Shown here one piece after another: positions 35,520 through 63,870 of a stretch of DNA of 64,000 bases (position 1 is the first letter of the stretch; every line of letters begins with the position of its first letter). The DNA lies in the NCBI GenBank assembly GCA_012295275.1, contig CM022679.1, positions 28,582,001 to 28,646,000 of the forward strand, written 5' to 3'. The notes under the pieces were generated by a model. It searched no databases. It had not been told where the DNA came from and was given only the letters and a program-made list of their open reading frames with translations. Made by a program: the position numbers and the translations under genes. The stretch is from Chrysomallon squamiferum (taxonomy: Eukaryota > Animalia > Mollusca).

Positions 35520-38500
35520 AAAGTTTTGTGAGTGCAATAAAACAGAAAATGAGAAAAACAACGTAAACTTTTTTGACAAAATTATAAATTTTATTTCAGA
35601 AACTGTTTTTTAAATATATTTTTTATTCCAATTTTTACCTCTTTGTGATACATCTTAATGAAATGGAGAGAGATAAAATGGCAGTGCTACAACACATGTA
35701 TTTTCTTTTAACAGGATAAATCAGTAATGTGTGAAATCTAACACCTAGGAGTTTTATTGTTTGGTTCCTGTATACGTTCAATATAAATATCAGTTTCCTT
35801 TGTAGTAATTCAGTACATGTGACAACAGATGTCTGCAGGAATTAGAACGTGAAACAGTAGAATTGATAAATAGAAAGCTTTTGTTATACTGAGTGATGTG
35901 TCATTACAAAACAATTACCAGTTGTTCTTTTCACACTTTGTAGTAGAAATGGTCTCAGAATAATCAAGGATGATCAAAAATACAAAACAATAATAATAAT
36001 AATAATAAAAAGTAAAATAGTCTTTTAAATTTAAACATTCTAGTCTGTTCAGTTTTTTTTAAAGTTTTATTCTGTACTTTCTTATGTTATCAATAACAAT
36101 TTCTAATTATTCTTTTCAGGTTTTGGAGCAGAAGTCAAATAAAAACAATGCTAGGATTATTAAAAAAAAAAATAAAAAAAAAAATGAAATAATAATATTT
36201 AAAAAATCTATCAAGCTGTTATCAGTCATTACTACTAATACTAGCTAAGTAAATGGTTTTGGAGTTGTTTTTTTTTAATTTTATTTTATGGCTGCCTTCA
36301 AACGTGATATCTGTTTACTAATACTAGACTCACAGCTGCTGAAACATGTATGTGAGTTGAAACTGTTCTATTTACTGGCAACAGCTTGCTAAATTGTTAA
36401 CTCGTTACAACACACTAATAAATTAAGATAAAAATTTTAACAAATTTAGAATTAATTTTTTTTTCCCCTTACAGTTTCTTTTATAAAAATTATAAATAAA
36501 TAGTACAACAAAAACAGCTATTAAAATTAAATGATCTAAATTGAATTCTAATTTTGTGGTAACTGTAGATAATTTTTTTATTCTATCAAATTACCAAATA
36601 TGAAATCAATTCAGACTGATCACATTAAACTCTTTAGATATAATTTAGAAACTGTAAAATTAAATGCAAAACACAACAATAATAACAACAAGAACAATTA
36701 ATAATAATAATGATGATGATGATGATGATGATAATATTAATGATGATAATAATAATTAAAATAATCAGGTAAGAACAGTTCTGGATGAGGAGGTTGATTG
36801 TTTACCCATTATTTGTTTTATTTTTGTTAAAAACAAATGCAAAATGTTTTAAGAATGTTTTCAAGAAAATGCAGATATACTTAGCAATGCAGGGTTTATT
36901 TATTCCCAAAACCCATCTCCTCACATACAAATAATACACAACACTGTATCTATCACTACATATCAGTCCCCCCACCCTAAAATTTTATTTCAGTCAAGTG
37001 ATTAAGTAGTTGAATGGCAGGAATCCTTCATCCATTTGTGACAATAATTAAAAAAAAAAAAAAATTAACTTGTTAATTAAAAGGTTTTTTCATTAAGATA
37101 TTTTACTGTCAATGATTATTAAATGCTGTGATAAAGAGAACATTTCAATGTAAATGAAGCAAAAATAACAGTAAGCTAATTTAAGTATCCTTCAGAGGAT
37201 CACTTGCCTGTGCTCTGCTTCAGCATAAAACAGAGACTAGATATGAAGTCACTGAGTTAGAGGGATCAAGCTAAGATCCTTCTGGGATATGTGTTAAACT
37301 GATGGTGACTTTCCTCTGTTTTGTCACCAAGTAGATGCTCTTGCATTTCTTCCTACAGATCATGTCACATGAATTCTCTTAGATACTCAGCTCGGGATGA
37401 TTAACCTGATGCAACATATGTAAGAGGTCCATGTACAATGAGCACAAACAAATGGTTTAAGAATCAACTTTCACTATATTGTCACTCTGCTCTCAACCGT
37501 GTGATGGAACATGCATTATGTTATCTTCTAACCTCAGCCACATACAAATGTAAGAAGTATGGAACAACAAATTCCAAGGTTATGTTCACTGCTCAAGTTA
37601 CAGTCTGAGTGTGCTCAGGTTTGTGGCATTGTGGTTTAAGATTGGAGTGGTGCCTATTTCTGAATTCCTTTAGAGTGTGAGCCACAATCAGACAATTGCT
37701 TAGCCACACATTTAAAAATGTATGAAACTGTGTATGTTATGAGTTATTAATTTTAAAGTTTTCAAATACTGCACTAAAGATGACATAGGTTTTCATATTT
37801 TCCCAGTTATTTCCTCTTTTGAAAAAATGTTTGGCCAAAATGTCCCAGGGTGAAACATACGAGGACTGTGGCCAAAACATCTACATTAATTGAAACCATG
37901 ATGTACTGCTGGAGAAAACTTGTACAATCAGTTAGATGAATCTATATTATTTATGTGGAACCAAAAACATCAATATTGGTTTTGGCAAAAAGATGAAAAC
38001 ATATTACTGATGCATTTTAAAGACTTTATTGTGAAACAAGTAAAAATTAAAATTAAAAACAAAACATTCAAAGATTAAAAAGAGCAGAAAAAAAAAGTAA
38101 AGAAATAAAAAATTGTTAGAAATACCTCTGTGCATGTGAGAGATGCAAGGTAACACTGGCAGAATATTCACATTTTATTTATTAATTTCTAAATATATAA
38201 TCAACCATTATTGGTGTTTTATTTTAGTAACAAATAAAAGAAATGTAATATGTGAATTATAAAAATACTCTGTTAAAATTATTTCTTAGACAAACATATA
38301 TATTTTATTTTTACTTTTTTATATATATTTAATATTACAGTATTCAGTTTCAAAAATAAAATAAAAAATGGAATCAAACATTCTGAAACTGAGATTTCTT
38401 TCACTAAAAATGAAATTGAACTGTTACCGAACAAGGTTTTGAAACCTAATATAATATGATTGGTGATGATTTCCATACACCAGTTAGCAGTTTTTGACTT

Positions 38501-40048
38501 TTTCACAGTTAACTTTATAGTAAAACTGCTTTAAAAGATGGATGTACTCAGCACTTGTTTACCTTATGCCAGTAACATTCAGTAAAAACCTGCACCACCA
38601 ACTAATGTTATGAATGAATTTTGAGTTTTGTGAACTCATTAGCTATTGCTAGCATGCAGTACTCTGTTAGCTGTCTCCACAGCATCAGTAGAAATGTGTC
38701 TGTGTCATAAATTGTATTTGAATATACTGTCAGGATAGCTGAAAAGACAACAAAGAAGTAATAAAGATGAAAACCTGGCTGTCTGACAGTTGCAAACACA
38801 CAATTAGTGAGATTAATATTATAGAAGAAAATCCCACACATAACATTGTCTTCAAACAGATCATCAGATGTGGCTTAACTACAGTTGAATACTTTAATAT
38901 AAATTATGTGACGTATTTAGTCTGACCGTCTTGTCAGTTTTTTTGGTACGACTCTTCTATGACAGTATGATAGCATTATATGCTTAATCAAGTTAAAATG
39001 ACAATTCTATAATCTGTACAATATGACAGCTCTGTGACTTATGCAAAGTTAGAAAGCAGCATATCTGTTCACTTGTTCATGATCTGTCTGGAGTTAAGTT
39101 TCAGACACTCACAAAATTAAGAACAAAGACAATCATATGAGTTTTCATTCAAATACAGTACTGATAGTGATTTGACATGAAAGTACCTCAAGATGAAAAC
39201 AGACAAGGTGACAAACAGAAGTATTCCAGCAGGAGTGTTATTTATGGCTGCACACATAGTTCAAATAATTTCATAAAACTTACTGTTCACCCTACAGGAA
39301 ACATGTCAATGAGTGAGTTAAATCTATTTGACTAATTTTGTCTAAGTTTTTTAATGCAGATATTTCCTTTCTACTGTGCTACACCCAGACAAATAAAAGT
39401 TGAAACAGTATACCTGGGTAGGCAAAGAAAATAGCATATTTAAACATTAGATTGTATCACCTTAACTCTGTCATCACTGGAGTCAGGAAAACATAAAATA
39501 GCAAATCTTTTATTCAATTCATGGCTTTAAGCTTTTTTTAGCTTTTAATTTCTTTGTAATTTTCTTTTCTTTTTTAAAATCTCTTTTCAGAATGTAAATA
39601 TTACCAAAAACTGTTTTATTTTATTATTATTATTTATATATATATATATTTTTTTTTATAAAGTACCATTTTACTTAAATATTCAGAAGTTAGCTACAAG
39701 GGATGGGTGAAAACAAAATACTAATATTTGTTTTAACCTTTTGCAGATTAACAGACTTGTGTATTAATAAAGACCCTCTGTTCCTGTTGTGGCAAATGAC
39801 TGTTAAATATCAACTGCATTTTAATTATATTAGTGCATCTTAATCTAAGGGATGATTTTAACTTGTGAAATCAATTCCAATACATCAAAATATTTTAATA
39901 ATAATAATAATAATAAAATGAAAGAGAAAAAAGTATATTTCACTAAATTGGGTTTGTAACCTGTACATTACCAAATTACATTACTTCTGCACACTTTGGA
40001 TATGAAATAACAACTACTGGTGTACAACAATGAATGATAAACATTAAA

Positions 40049-40118
<70 letters not shown>

Positions 40119-40289
40119 AATAAAATAAAATAAGCAGGAATACTTATTATTGAATAAATGATCAAACGCAAGATAATCTATTTTTATTTTCCTTAAATAT
40201 TTAACAAATATTTCAAAAGTAAACATCATTCATAAAATAATGATAATTAAGAATTTGCTCATTTTCACAATTTTCTTTGTGTAACAGAA

Positions 40290-41380
40290 GATAGCCGAAA
40301 TCGATCGCCATTACCTCGAGACTCTACACTTTCCAAAGGTTGGTCAGCAATCGAGTCTACGCGGCTTTGCGAGAATGTTTCTTTTTTATATTCTACCTAC
40401 CTTTCGCTTCGTGAAATCTCTTCTTTTAAGTGCATAGTTTTAGAAATTAAAAGAGCAAGAAACCAATTTGCGAAACGAATATCTCATCATCTCTTAAAAA
40501 CGTCCAAGACCAGTCAATGAATCTTACTTCTATCTCGTCACGTGACTGATATTTTATGTGAGGCTTGTTCTATTTATAGCGCTGACAGCAGTTATCTTTC
40601 CCTGCATTCTTCTGGAGCAAATGACTTATAGTTGCTGAGGTTTCATAATAAATCGAGAGAAGAAGAAAAAAGCTAGACAATTTATCAAACATACAAAAAA
40701 AAAAAATAATAATAATAAAAAAAAATAATGAAAGAAAGAAATTAGAAACAACAACAACAAACAAACAAAACAAATCTGAACTAGGCACATGTTTGCTCTG
40801 AGATATTTGTAAGAGCATTTGACAAGTAATTTAAAAGCTGAATGAAAAAATTCTTCGGATAATAATTATCATTCAGCTTTTAAATTATCATAATTCTTGA
40901 TTGTATGCATCTGCATGAGTGTGCTTACATGCTGCATATATGTATATATTACATAACCTAATTATATAAAGACAAAATCCGAAGGCTAATTGTCATTAAA
41001 AGAAAAGAAAAGAAAAAGAGAGAAAGAACGAAAGAAAAAATGCTGAATTTGATACTTTTTCAGAATCGGCTAACTTGAATAGATATGAAATTACAAATCG
41101 CACCTTCAACAGGTTGATGTCGGAGTCAAATAGTGGATATCTTGCAAAATGGCAGCCATATTGGAATTTCCATTACTTTATTTGCACTGTTCCTTCAGCA
41201 CTTTGAAATCTTATGACACCAAAATATCTTTAATAGCATCACTCTTTCAGTTTCTTAATCTCAGTATTTGTATTTGATATTTTAAATGGTACAGCCATCT
41301 TGGAAAATGTTCTTTCGAGTGATTACCATATTTTCTTTCAAATATTAGTGGATATTTGTATGCTGCATCATCATTTGATT

Positions 41381-41460
<80 letters not shown>

Positions 41461-41620
41461 AAAATCGGTTTAAAATGTTGACCAAGTTGAAACAAAATTA
41501 CTACAATATGGTGGAAATTACGACCGGATAAGAAATAATACGTTTTCCGGTAGAAACATCCGTTTACTTTCCTAGTATTCCATGAGGTTAGACACTTTGT
41601 TATAATGTTGAGGTGAGATT
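40290..41620. promoter_or_regulatory. Putative bidirectional promoter region shared by the DUF3715 gene (-) and DUS1L (+)
   Basis: Local rise in CpG against a CpG-poor background. Minus-strand donors at 40314 (GAG|gtaatg) and 40400 (AAG|gtaggt), plus-strand donor at 41613 (GAG|gtgaga), consistent with non-coding first exons. E-box TCACGTGA ~40538, YY1-like CAAAATGGCAGCCAT ~41145, ETS-like TTCCGG ~41545. Confidence 0.55.
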
Positions 41621-42216
41621 CTGGAAATATAGTAGTTGATCCATCAGTATAAATTAAAATATGTGTGTAATTAGTGGTTTAATAATTATAATAATATTTA
41701 GTTACATTCACTGATTCTGTTATCCCGCAAGTTAGAAATGGGAATTGTTAGCGCAAATTTTACCCATTCACATTATCATGATTATGATGATTATCATTAT
41801 GATTAACACATTATGATTATTAATTATTATTATTATTACTACATATATAGATAGATAGATGGATAAATAGATAGATAGATCAGTTTTCTCTTTTATTACA
41901 TGATTACTCAGTTCGTTTTTCATAATACATTATTTATTTATTACAACATACGAATAATAAATTTATTTTAACAAATTATGATTATCACAGATGTTTGCGA
42001 TTATTATTAGCATAATCTCAGTATATACTTTTGTGTAATTTAACTATCTCTGTTAGTTTTACTGTTCAAAGTACATTATCATAATTATGGTAATTAATAC
42101 TATAATAGTAGACAGGATAATGCTATTTTGTCCATTTGGGTGTACTAATTTGTTGAAATAGTTCGTTATGATGATGATACGTAATATCTATTATTTATTA
42201 TTTTTTGTTTTTTCAG

Positions 42217-45200
42217 ATGACTACTAGTGAAAACAAAGGCTGGGATTTCTGGATGAACCGGTTGAAGAAAGCTCGGTTGGTGGTTGCTCCGATGGTTGAC
42301 CAGAGTGAGCTTGCTTGGCGGATGTTGAGTAGAAAATACGGAGCTGATCTTTGTTACACGCCGATGTTGCATGCCTCAGTGTTTGCACGCGATGCTGTGT
42401 ACAGACGTGAGTCGCTGCAGTCATGTGATGAAGATTGTCCACTCATAGTTCAGGTCTGTTTACATTTCACATTACATTGTTTGATATTAAAGCATGTTCA
42501 GCATACTTTGTATATGTTACAGTAATTATTGAAATGGAAAAATCTTCCATTACTTGTTCTATGATTATACAAGTTGTTGATGCATCAGTTGTGTTATCAG
42601 TGTACATGTTGGAAGGCACATAACTCTTTAAGATATTTTTCAGTACTAATTAAATATTTCAGTTCTGTGCCAATGATCCAGCCACCCTCCTAAAGGCAGC
42701 GTTGTTAGCCCAAGACCACTGCGATGCTGTTGACCTCAATCTGGGCTGTCCACAGAGCATCGCCAGGCGAGGACACTACGGAGCTTTCTTACAGGACGAC
42801 TGGTCACTGCTGCGTGAAATGGGTAAATTTTCACACTTTAGAACACGAATAATCTCTACATGTGTAAAACTGTCACAGCTTACTTGTTACAATTCCCACC
42901 TCCTGTATGTTTTGTTGAAGTAGGAAAATTTCACTGTTTTTAGTTACTTACTCTTGGTTACATGCTATTCTGTGTAGTGGTTACTGGAAATTGTTCTCAG
43001 ATGTCATCTGTTGTCAGTGGGAAGAATGTGCTGGTTTTTTCACTAATCTATGTCTGAGAATTATTGAATGTTTATTATAAATCAGTGTTTGTCTGTTACC
43101 TAATGGGTTTTAAACTTAACATTTCTTGTATTTAAAAATAGTTTTTATATTTTTAACTGCTGAGAATAGAATAATAAAATAATACTTTGTAGCCACTAAC
43201 AAAAATAACACTTTTTCAAAAATAGTTTTTTGTTTTACAGTAATCGTAATGGTTTTTTTCAGTCAGTCTTTGCAGTGCTAAACTGAAAGTGCCGGTCACT
43301 TGTAAAATTCGAGTGTTTGAAAGTGTTGAGAAAACTGTGGAATATGCAAAAATGTTAGAAGATTCCGGATGTCTGGTGAGTCTCTTAATTTCTCTTTGTT
43401 TCATTTCTTTACTTAATAAACATCTTAGATTATTCATTATACCCACTTTTTCAAAATTATTATTATTTTTAAAAGTATTTTTTATTTATAATTTTTTCTT
43501 TTCTGTTTTTAATATTTTTCAGTTAAATCATGCTGTTAATTGTATTGTTACAGTTTATGTTTAAATTTTTAATGCTATTTTAATGAAATCATTACACTGT
43601 GGATATACAATGTTGGGAAATTGTGTGTATGTAATATATAAATGTGCATATATTTATTCTGTAATACACTGTCACATATCTTACATCTGTTTTCGTGTGT
43701 GTATTATATACATATCTAGTGTATGAATAATGTGCATATCTAACCATGGCTGTAATATACCTCATATCAAAAAGGACAAATGTTTTTTTTTTTTTACCAA
43801 GTGTTTTTTTAAAAATATAAAATATAAATCTTGATTCCAATAGAAATGTTATTCACTGAATGAATTTGTTTGTGTCTATGGTTACCGTTCAAAGTCAACC
43901 AACATCGTTGTGATGAAAAACATGATTGACTTCAAAGACATCAGTTTTTGCTTCATTTCAAAACGAATCTAGTTACAGCCATGCTATCTATGAATGATGT
44001 GTCTTTTTTGTCCAATCTGAAAAGAATATATTAAAATTGTAAGAAATACTGTTGTTGTTTTTTTGAGTCATTGTTTGTGATATTTGCAGCTGCTGACAGT
44101 TCATGGAAGAACAAAAGAACAGAAAGGTCCACTGACTGGACTGGCTAACTGGAATTACATCAAAGCAGTTCGGTACGTACTGAGCCGCAACAGTAGTGAG
44201 ATAATTGTTAACTTCTACAAATAACATTTATCAAGATTTTTATTATAAAATGTTTTCTTCTTCTAATAATAAATGATTCATATCCCTTTTTTTTATGAAT
44301 TTATAAAGCTAAATGTAATTTTATTATTTTATTTTTTGAATATTCATTGTTCCGAATGATGTGTCTTGCAGAGAGGCTTTGAACATACCTGTGTTTGCAA
44401 ATGGAAACATCCAATATTTGTCTGATGTGGAGCAGTGCATTGCAGAAACAGGGGTGCAGGGTGTTATGACTGCTGGTTGGTTACAAACACACTTATTTCA
44501 TAATTATCTGTTTTAAAAGATTTGCAGTAGTGTAATTCTTGTACATGAGTTTAAACTGGAGACTTTTCTTTCATAATAATAAAGTTTTAAAATAATGTAA
44601 CAAGTCTTCATTCATTTATCTTTATCTGCTCTCCTGTAATGTTTGACAGAAATGTAAAGAAATATCTTGTAGAAAAGTGGAAATCAAAACAACAGTTTAC
44701 ATTGTCTTAAGTTAATTATTTTTAAGAAATTATCTAAATATTTTTGTTGTTGAAATATATTTATCCACACAGAATTTTTCATCTCATTTAAAGTAAAGAA
44801 ATTATTTAAAACAAATGTCATTGTTGTTTGAACTGTATTTATGCAGAAAATCCATGTCATTTAATTTAGAATAGCTTTTTGTATTTTTAACATATTTCAG
44901 ACACATTTTAAAATATTTTATGTTGGTACAAATGTTAACTTTCAGAAGGGAACCTGCACAATCCAGCTTTGTTTGCTGGAGTTAACCCCCCTGTTTGGCA
45001 AATGGTTGACGAATATTTGGAATTTGTTGAGAAATACCCATGTCCTATGTCTTATGTGCGTGGACATGTTTTTAAGATCATGCATCATGCGTAAGGTTCA
45101 ATAGTTTACTTCATATTATTCTGAAAACATTTTTCTTGCTGAATTATTAATGTTCTTATCATTGTTATTATATTTATTATGTTGTTATTAATTATTAATT

Positions 45201-47421
45201 GCTGCTGCTAGTATTATTTTCACTTTTTGTGTTACTGCTATTATTGTGATGGTTATTATTATTATTTGTTATTGCTTTTATGATTATTATTGTTACTATT
45301 GTTGTTGCTACTATTATTGTTATTGTTACTTTTGTTGTTATTATTTGTTGTTATTATTAATATTAGTATTATATTGTTATGTTAATGGTTCCTTGAGTAG
45401 GATCATTTTCTATCACACATAACATTCTCCACTTTTGTGTCTACTCATAAAAAAGAACTGTAGCAACCTAATAATGGTAAACACATATAACAGACAGTGA
45501 TACACCAGTAAAGAACAGTGTAACAAGTAGTAGTTTCCCTGTCTCAAAGTTCAAGAAAAACCAATATGAAACTGTGTTTTGGTTTTGAAGGTATTTCTAG
45601 GAGGTATTAGTGTGTGAATGTAGTTTGATGTGTTGCAGACTTGAAGTTCACAAAGACGCCAGAGAAAAAGTGGCTCAAGCCAAATCTGTTGAAGATTTCA
45701 AAGCTGCAAGCAAGTTTTTGAAAGACAAATGTCAGGTATTCTTACACTTCATTACCTTTCCTCAGCTTTTTGTATAAATTAAATACCTGCCAGTCATTAC
45801 AATAACAGTAATAATAACAAAGATGTTTACAAAAGAAACAGCAGTAACAAAAAAAGATAAAGGATAATGTATTTATTATTTACTTAGTTACTAAAGTTAT
45901 TTGGTGTTGTTAGGTATATTTAAGTGGGATGTATTGAGAGATGTGTGTGTTTTTTCACAGGCAGATCTCAACAGTTACAGGAAAGACCCAGAAAAGTTTA
46001 AATCACATCTCCCCCTGCCTTACTGGTTGTGTCAACCGTATGTACGACCAAAGTATGTGTTAATTATTTTAGATTAATTAATTCCAGAACTAATCCAGAG
46101 ATTGATCACTGAAGTATAAAACTTGTATTAATCAAAGTAACATAAATTAATTTATAAAATTCCAGTTTAGATTAATGAACTGAAATTATTGCCATTTGTA
46201 AGGAGGGAAAAAACCTATAAAAATAAAACAAAATTCCACTTGGTTTATGTTTATAAATTACATATGATTTAAGCCTTTTTAAAATTTTAATTAACTAATC
46301 AACAAGTGAGAGTGTTTTAGACAAATACTGGGCTTATTTGTTGTTTTCTCACATTTTTTTTTCTTTTTTTAACACATCTTATTTTCTGTTTACTAACATT
46401 ATCATTTTTCAAAACCAGTTATTCTCTCTCTTTTTGAACCTGAATTTTCTCTACTTGATAAGTCGTTATAAATACTAACGAAGATGACAGAGACTTGAAT
46501 GGAAAGTGATGTTGTGTTTTTCAGTCCACATGAAGAGGAGAGTGAGGAGAGGCGAGAGGAGCGAGCCAGACTGAACTTGAAGCGAAACTCAGAACTCAGC
46601 TTGGTTGCCACAGAGGGAGAGTTTCTGTCCAAAAACAAACTGAAGAAAAAACTTCGATATCCACAGAAGAACTTTGACCCTGCACACAAAGCGAGATATG
46701 AAACCTGTAAATTATGCTGCAATCCTAAAGTAAGGACATTCTTTTTTTTCTTTTTAATTTCTTTTTGTTATTATTTTTAAACTTTTTGATTAAATTAATA
46801 TTAAGTGGGATTGCTTATATCACTACTACAAGCAGTCATTTTAAATATTCGTCTTTGTATGCATTTTGATTATTCATATTTTGTATTTTTTAGTATTTGT
46901 TTTTTAAATTATTTTATTTGCAGGGAAGCAGATGTGAGTTCAGTTTGTGTAAATCTTGTTGTAAATCAAAATCACTGAATGAAACACTTGACTGTTCAGG
47001 TGAGAATCTCTCTTTGTAAAATTCTGTTTTATCTGTAACACACACTGAACAGCACAACTTATCTTTACTCTCTTTACTTCATAATTTCTATAAAATCAGT
47101 TGTTCACTTATTTATAAATATATACATGTATTTATATATATAAATACAAATACACAACAACTGAAAAAGAAATATTTTTAGAAAAACAAAACTTCAGATT
47201 CTTCTGTGTTAATTGACTCTTTAATATGTTTTTATTATTATTATTATAATTGTTATTATGTTTTTTCAGGACATAATTTCAGGTTCAAAAGTCGTGCTGT
47301 GTGTAAAGCTAACACAAACAACTGTTGTGAAATGAACAGTGTGACTAACAGTGAAAACTCAATCACAGATTCACTTGTCACAGAAAGTGAATCAGAACAG
47401 ATCAACAGAGATGCCTCATAG
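42217..47421 (+). CDS. DUS1L: tRNA-dihydrouridine(16/17) synthase [NAD(P)+]-like, ~487 aa
   Basis: Exons 42217-42453, 42663-42822, 43263-43375, 44090-44172, 44372-44475, 44946-45090, 45639-45735, 45961-46052, 46525-46729, 46924-46999, 47270-47421 (1464 nt, phases consistent). Motifs [61 protein letters not shown], and a C-terminal Cys-rich tail. Confidence 0.96.
45390..45580 (+). mobile_element. Possible decayed SINE relic (MetaSINE-like 3' part)
   Basis: cataaaaaagaac..aaagaacag..agtagtagtttccctgtctcaa..aaaaaccaatatg resembles the same family's 3' half. Confidence 0.3.
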
Positions 47422-48189
47422 CACTAGTGAATGATAGGAGATTTAATAAAATATTACTGCTGTGAATTGTGGGAGATGTAATAAAGTAATACAAATACAG
47501 CACAAATAACAGAATGACAAATCAAGGAGTGTTTGGACCTTTTTTGAAGATTAGGAATATCAAAGTCAATTTGTTCAAATCATGATTATGCTAACCCAGA
47601 TTTAACTTATTTTTAACATTAAGAAGAAAAAAAAAAAATATATATATATATATAAATCTTTTATTTGAGATACTCAGCAGTTTGTATCTTCCCATCCAGA
47701 GGCTGCGACTTGTCTGTGTGTGTGTTTTTGTTTATGTAAGAAATCACGAGTTAGAGATTCACAGCGTGAACGATTTCTCACGTGTCAACAACTATGAATT
47801 ATACAAGATTTAATAAAATTATACAAATCATTGAAATAAATTCTTAAAATCAACTTAAAAGACTGATCTTTTTTATTTGTGATTTAAAAAATAAAACAGA
47901 CTAAAGATTTATTTTTATACGTTGTATTAAGAATATATGTTTGTATTCTATATCTGCATTTAATTATTGAAAATAGATATGATATAATTTATTTGAATTT
48001 TTATTATAACTATTATTAAATATTTTAAATTTGATACATATGTTATTAAATCAGGGATTTTATTTTTCTGTTTTGTTTTCACTTCTGTTATATTCTCATT
48101 GTGTGAGATGCAAGTAGTAATTTTTGGAACATTTAATTTATGTCTTTAACAAAAATATATATTTATACATTTGACTTTTTAAACATAAT

Positions 48190-48305
48190 AACATACATTA
48201 AATAAAACATTCTTACATTAAATAAAACATTCTTACATTAAATAAAACATCCTTACATTAAATAAAACATTCTTACATTAAATAAAACATTCATACATCA
48301 ATAAA
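48190..48305. repeat. 20-bp tandem repeat (acattaaataaaacattctt) x ~5 between the convergent DUS1L and mannosidase 3' ends
   Basis: Directly visible. Confidence 0.9.
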
Positions 48306-49190
48306 GCATTACAATATAAAATGTTGCATTAAAGGAAACTGACAACATTATAAAAACATTAGTTACACTGAACACAAACCTTTTACACAAACACTGTTAC
48401 ATTAAACATGGAATGTTATTTCATTAAACAAACATTGTTACACTGAAGAGAAATGTAACAAGCATTGTTACAATAAATAAAACATTAAAACAATTAAAAT
48501 AATACAACATTCAACATAACATTACATAAAACTCAGCATTCAAAAAATTGTTACATGTAACAGTGATTAACAATGCAACAGATGTTAATAGTAACAATGT
48601 TACAGTAAACTTAACAGCTGAACAAAACCGATACATTAAATAAAAAATTAATAAAAAATAACAGTACACACAGATTGGTACAAATTACATTAAATACAAT
48701 GGTACTTCAAAATATATAAACTTGCTTTAAATTTATTTGTTTTTAAATAAAGGAATATTTGGCCACTTGTTAAGAGATTTTAATACTGTGTTTTGAGTAG
48801 AGTTCAACTTGTGAACTGAGCAAACCTGCAGCCTGTGAGTTTTTTCTACACTTGTTTTAACACAGCCCAAGTCTCAAACAAATAAATAAAACAAAACATT
48901 ATAATGATCATTCAAGCTGTTCTAGATGAATGATGATGATAAATTTATAACTGTTGATGATAAATTTGAACTCGATGATGATAAAATTTTGAAGTTACTC
49001 ATGATTCATAACTGTTGATGATATATTTATAATTGTCGAAAGTATCTGAATTTTTTTAAACAAACCACCAGCTATAGTCCTGAGCTAAGATATTTAACTT
49101 AGAAAGAATGTGCATCCATTTTTAATAAATAAAAACTATTCATAAACTCACACACACACACCCAGTCACACAGATTACTCTAAATGTGCA

Positions 49191-62905
<13,715 letters not shown>

Positions 62906-63044
62906 CTGAAAGGATAGCAGTATGACGTATTAACACAGTTATTATTTTATTTCTAACGTTTGAAAGATCTGACATCTAGACGAGGTCACCTAGAAGACTG
63001 TAGTTCATAAAATACCTGACAACAGCTTTTGAGTCGCCTTTAAA

Positions 63045-63870
63045 CTACTGCTGTCCCAGTACTTTTATTATTGCAACGTCTACTGCTACTACTATCACAG
63101 TACTTTTATTATTACGTCTACTGCTACTACTATCACAGTACTTTTATTATTGCAACGTCTACTGCTACTACTATCACAGTACTTTTATTATTGCAACGTC
63201 TACTGCTACTACTATCACAGTACTTTTATTATTGCAACGTCTACTGCTACTACTATCACAGTACTTTTATTATTACGTCTACTGCTACTGCTATCACAGT
63301 ACTTTTATTATTACACTGATACTGCTATCACAGTTTTTTTATTATTACAACGTCTACTGCTACTACTGCTACTGCTATCACAGTACTTTTATTATTACAA
63401 CGTCTACTGCTACTACTATCACAGTACTTTTATTATTACGTCTACTGCTACTACTATCACAGTACTTTTATTATTGCAACGTCTACTGCTACTACTATCA
63501 CAGTACTTTTATTATTGCAACGTCTACTGCTACTACTATCACAGTACTTTTATTATTGCAACGTCTACTGCTACTACTATCACAGTACTTTTATTATTGC
63601 AACGTCTACTGCTACTACTATCACAGTACTTTTATTATTGCAACGTCTACTGCTACTACTATCACAGTACTTTTATTATTACAACGTCTACTGCTACTAC
63701 TATCACAGTACTTTTATTATTGCAACGTCTACTGCTACTGCTATCACAGTACTTTTATTATTACGTCTACTGCTACTACTATCACAGTACTTTTATTATT
63801 ACAACGTCTACTGCTACTGCTACTACTATCACAGTACTTTTATTATTACGTCTACTGCTACTACTGCAGT
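63045..63870. repeat. 38-41-bp minisatellite (tattattgcaacgtctactgctactactatcacagtacttt)
   Basis: About 20 visible copies. Confidence 0.97.

Noticed and set aside
63014-63060. Minus-strand donor-like CAG|gtattt as the next upstream mannosidase exon
   Set aside because: The phase-0 frame contains a stop and lacks the expected IDPFGH motif. The true exon lies beyond the window.
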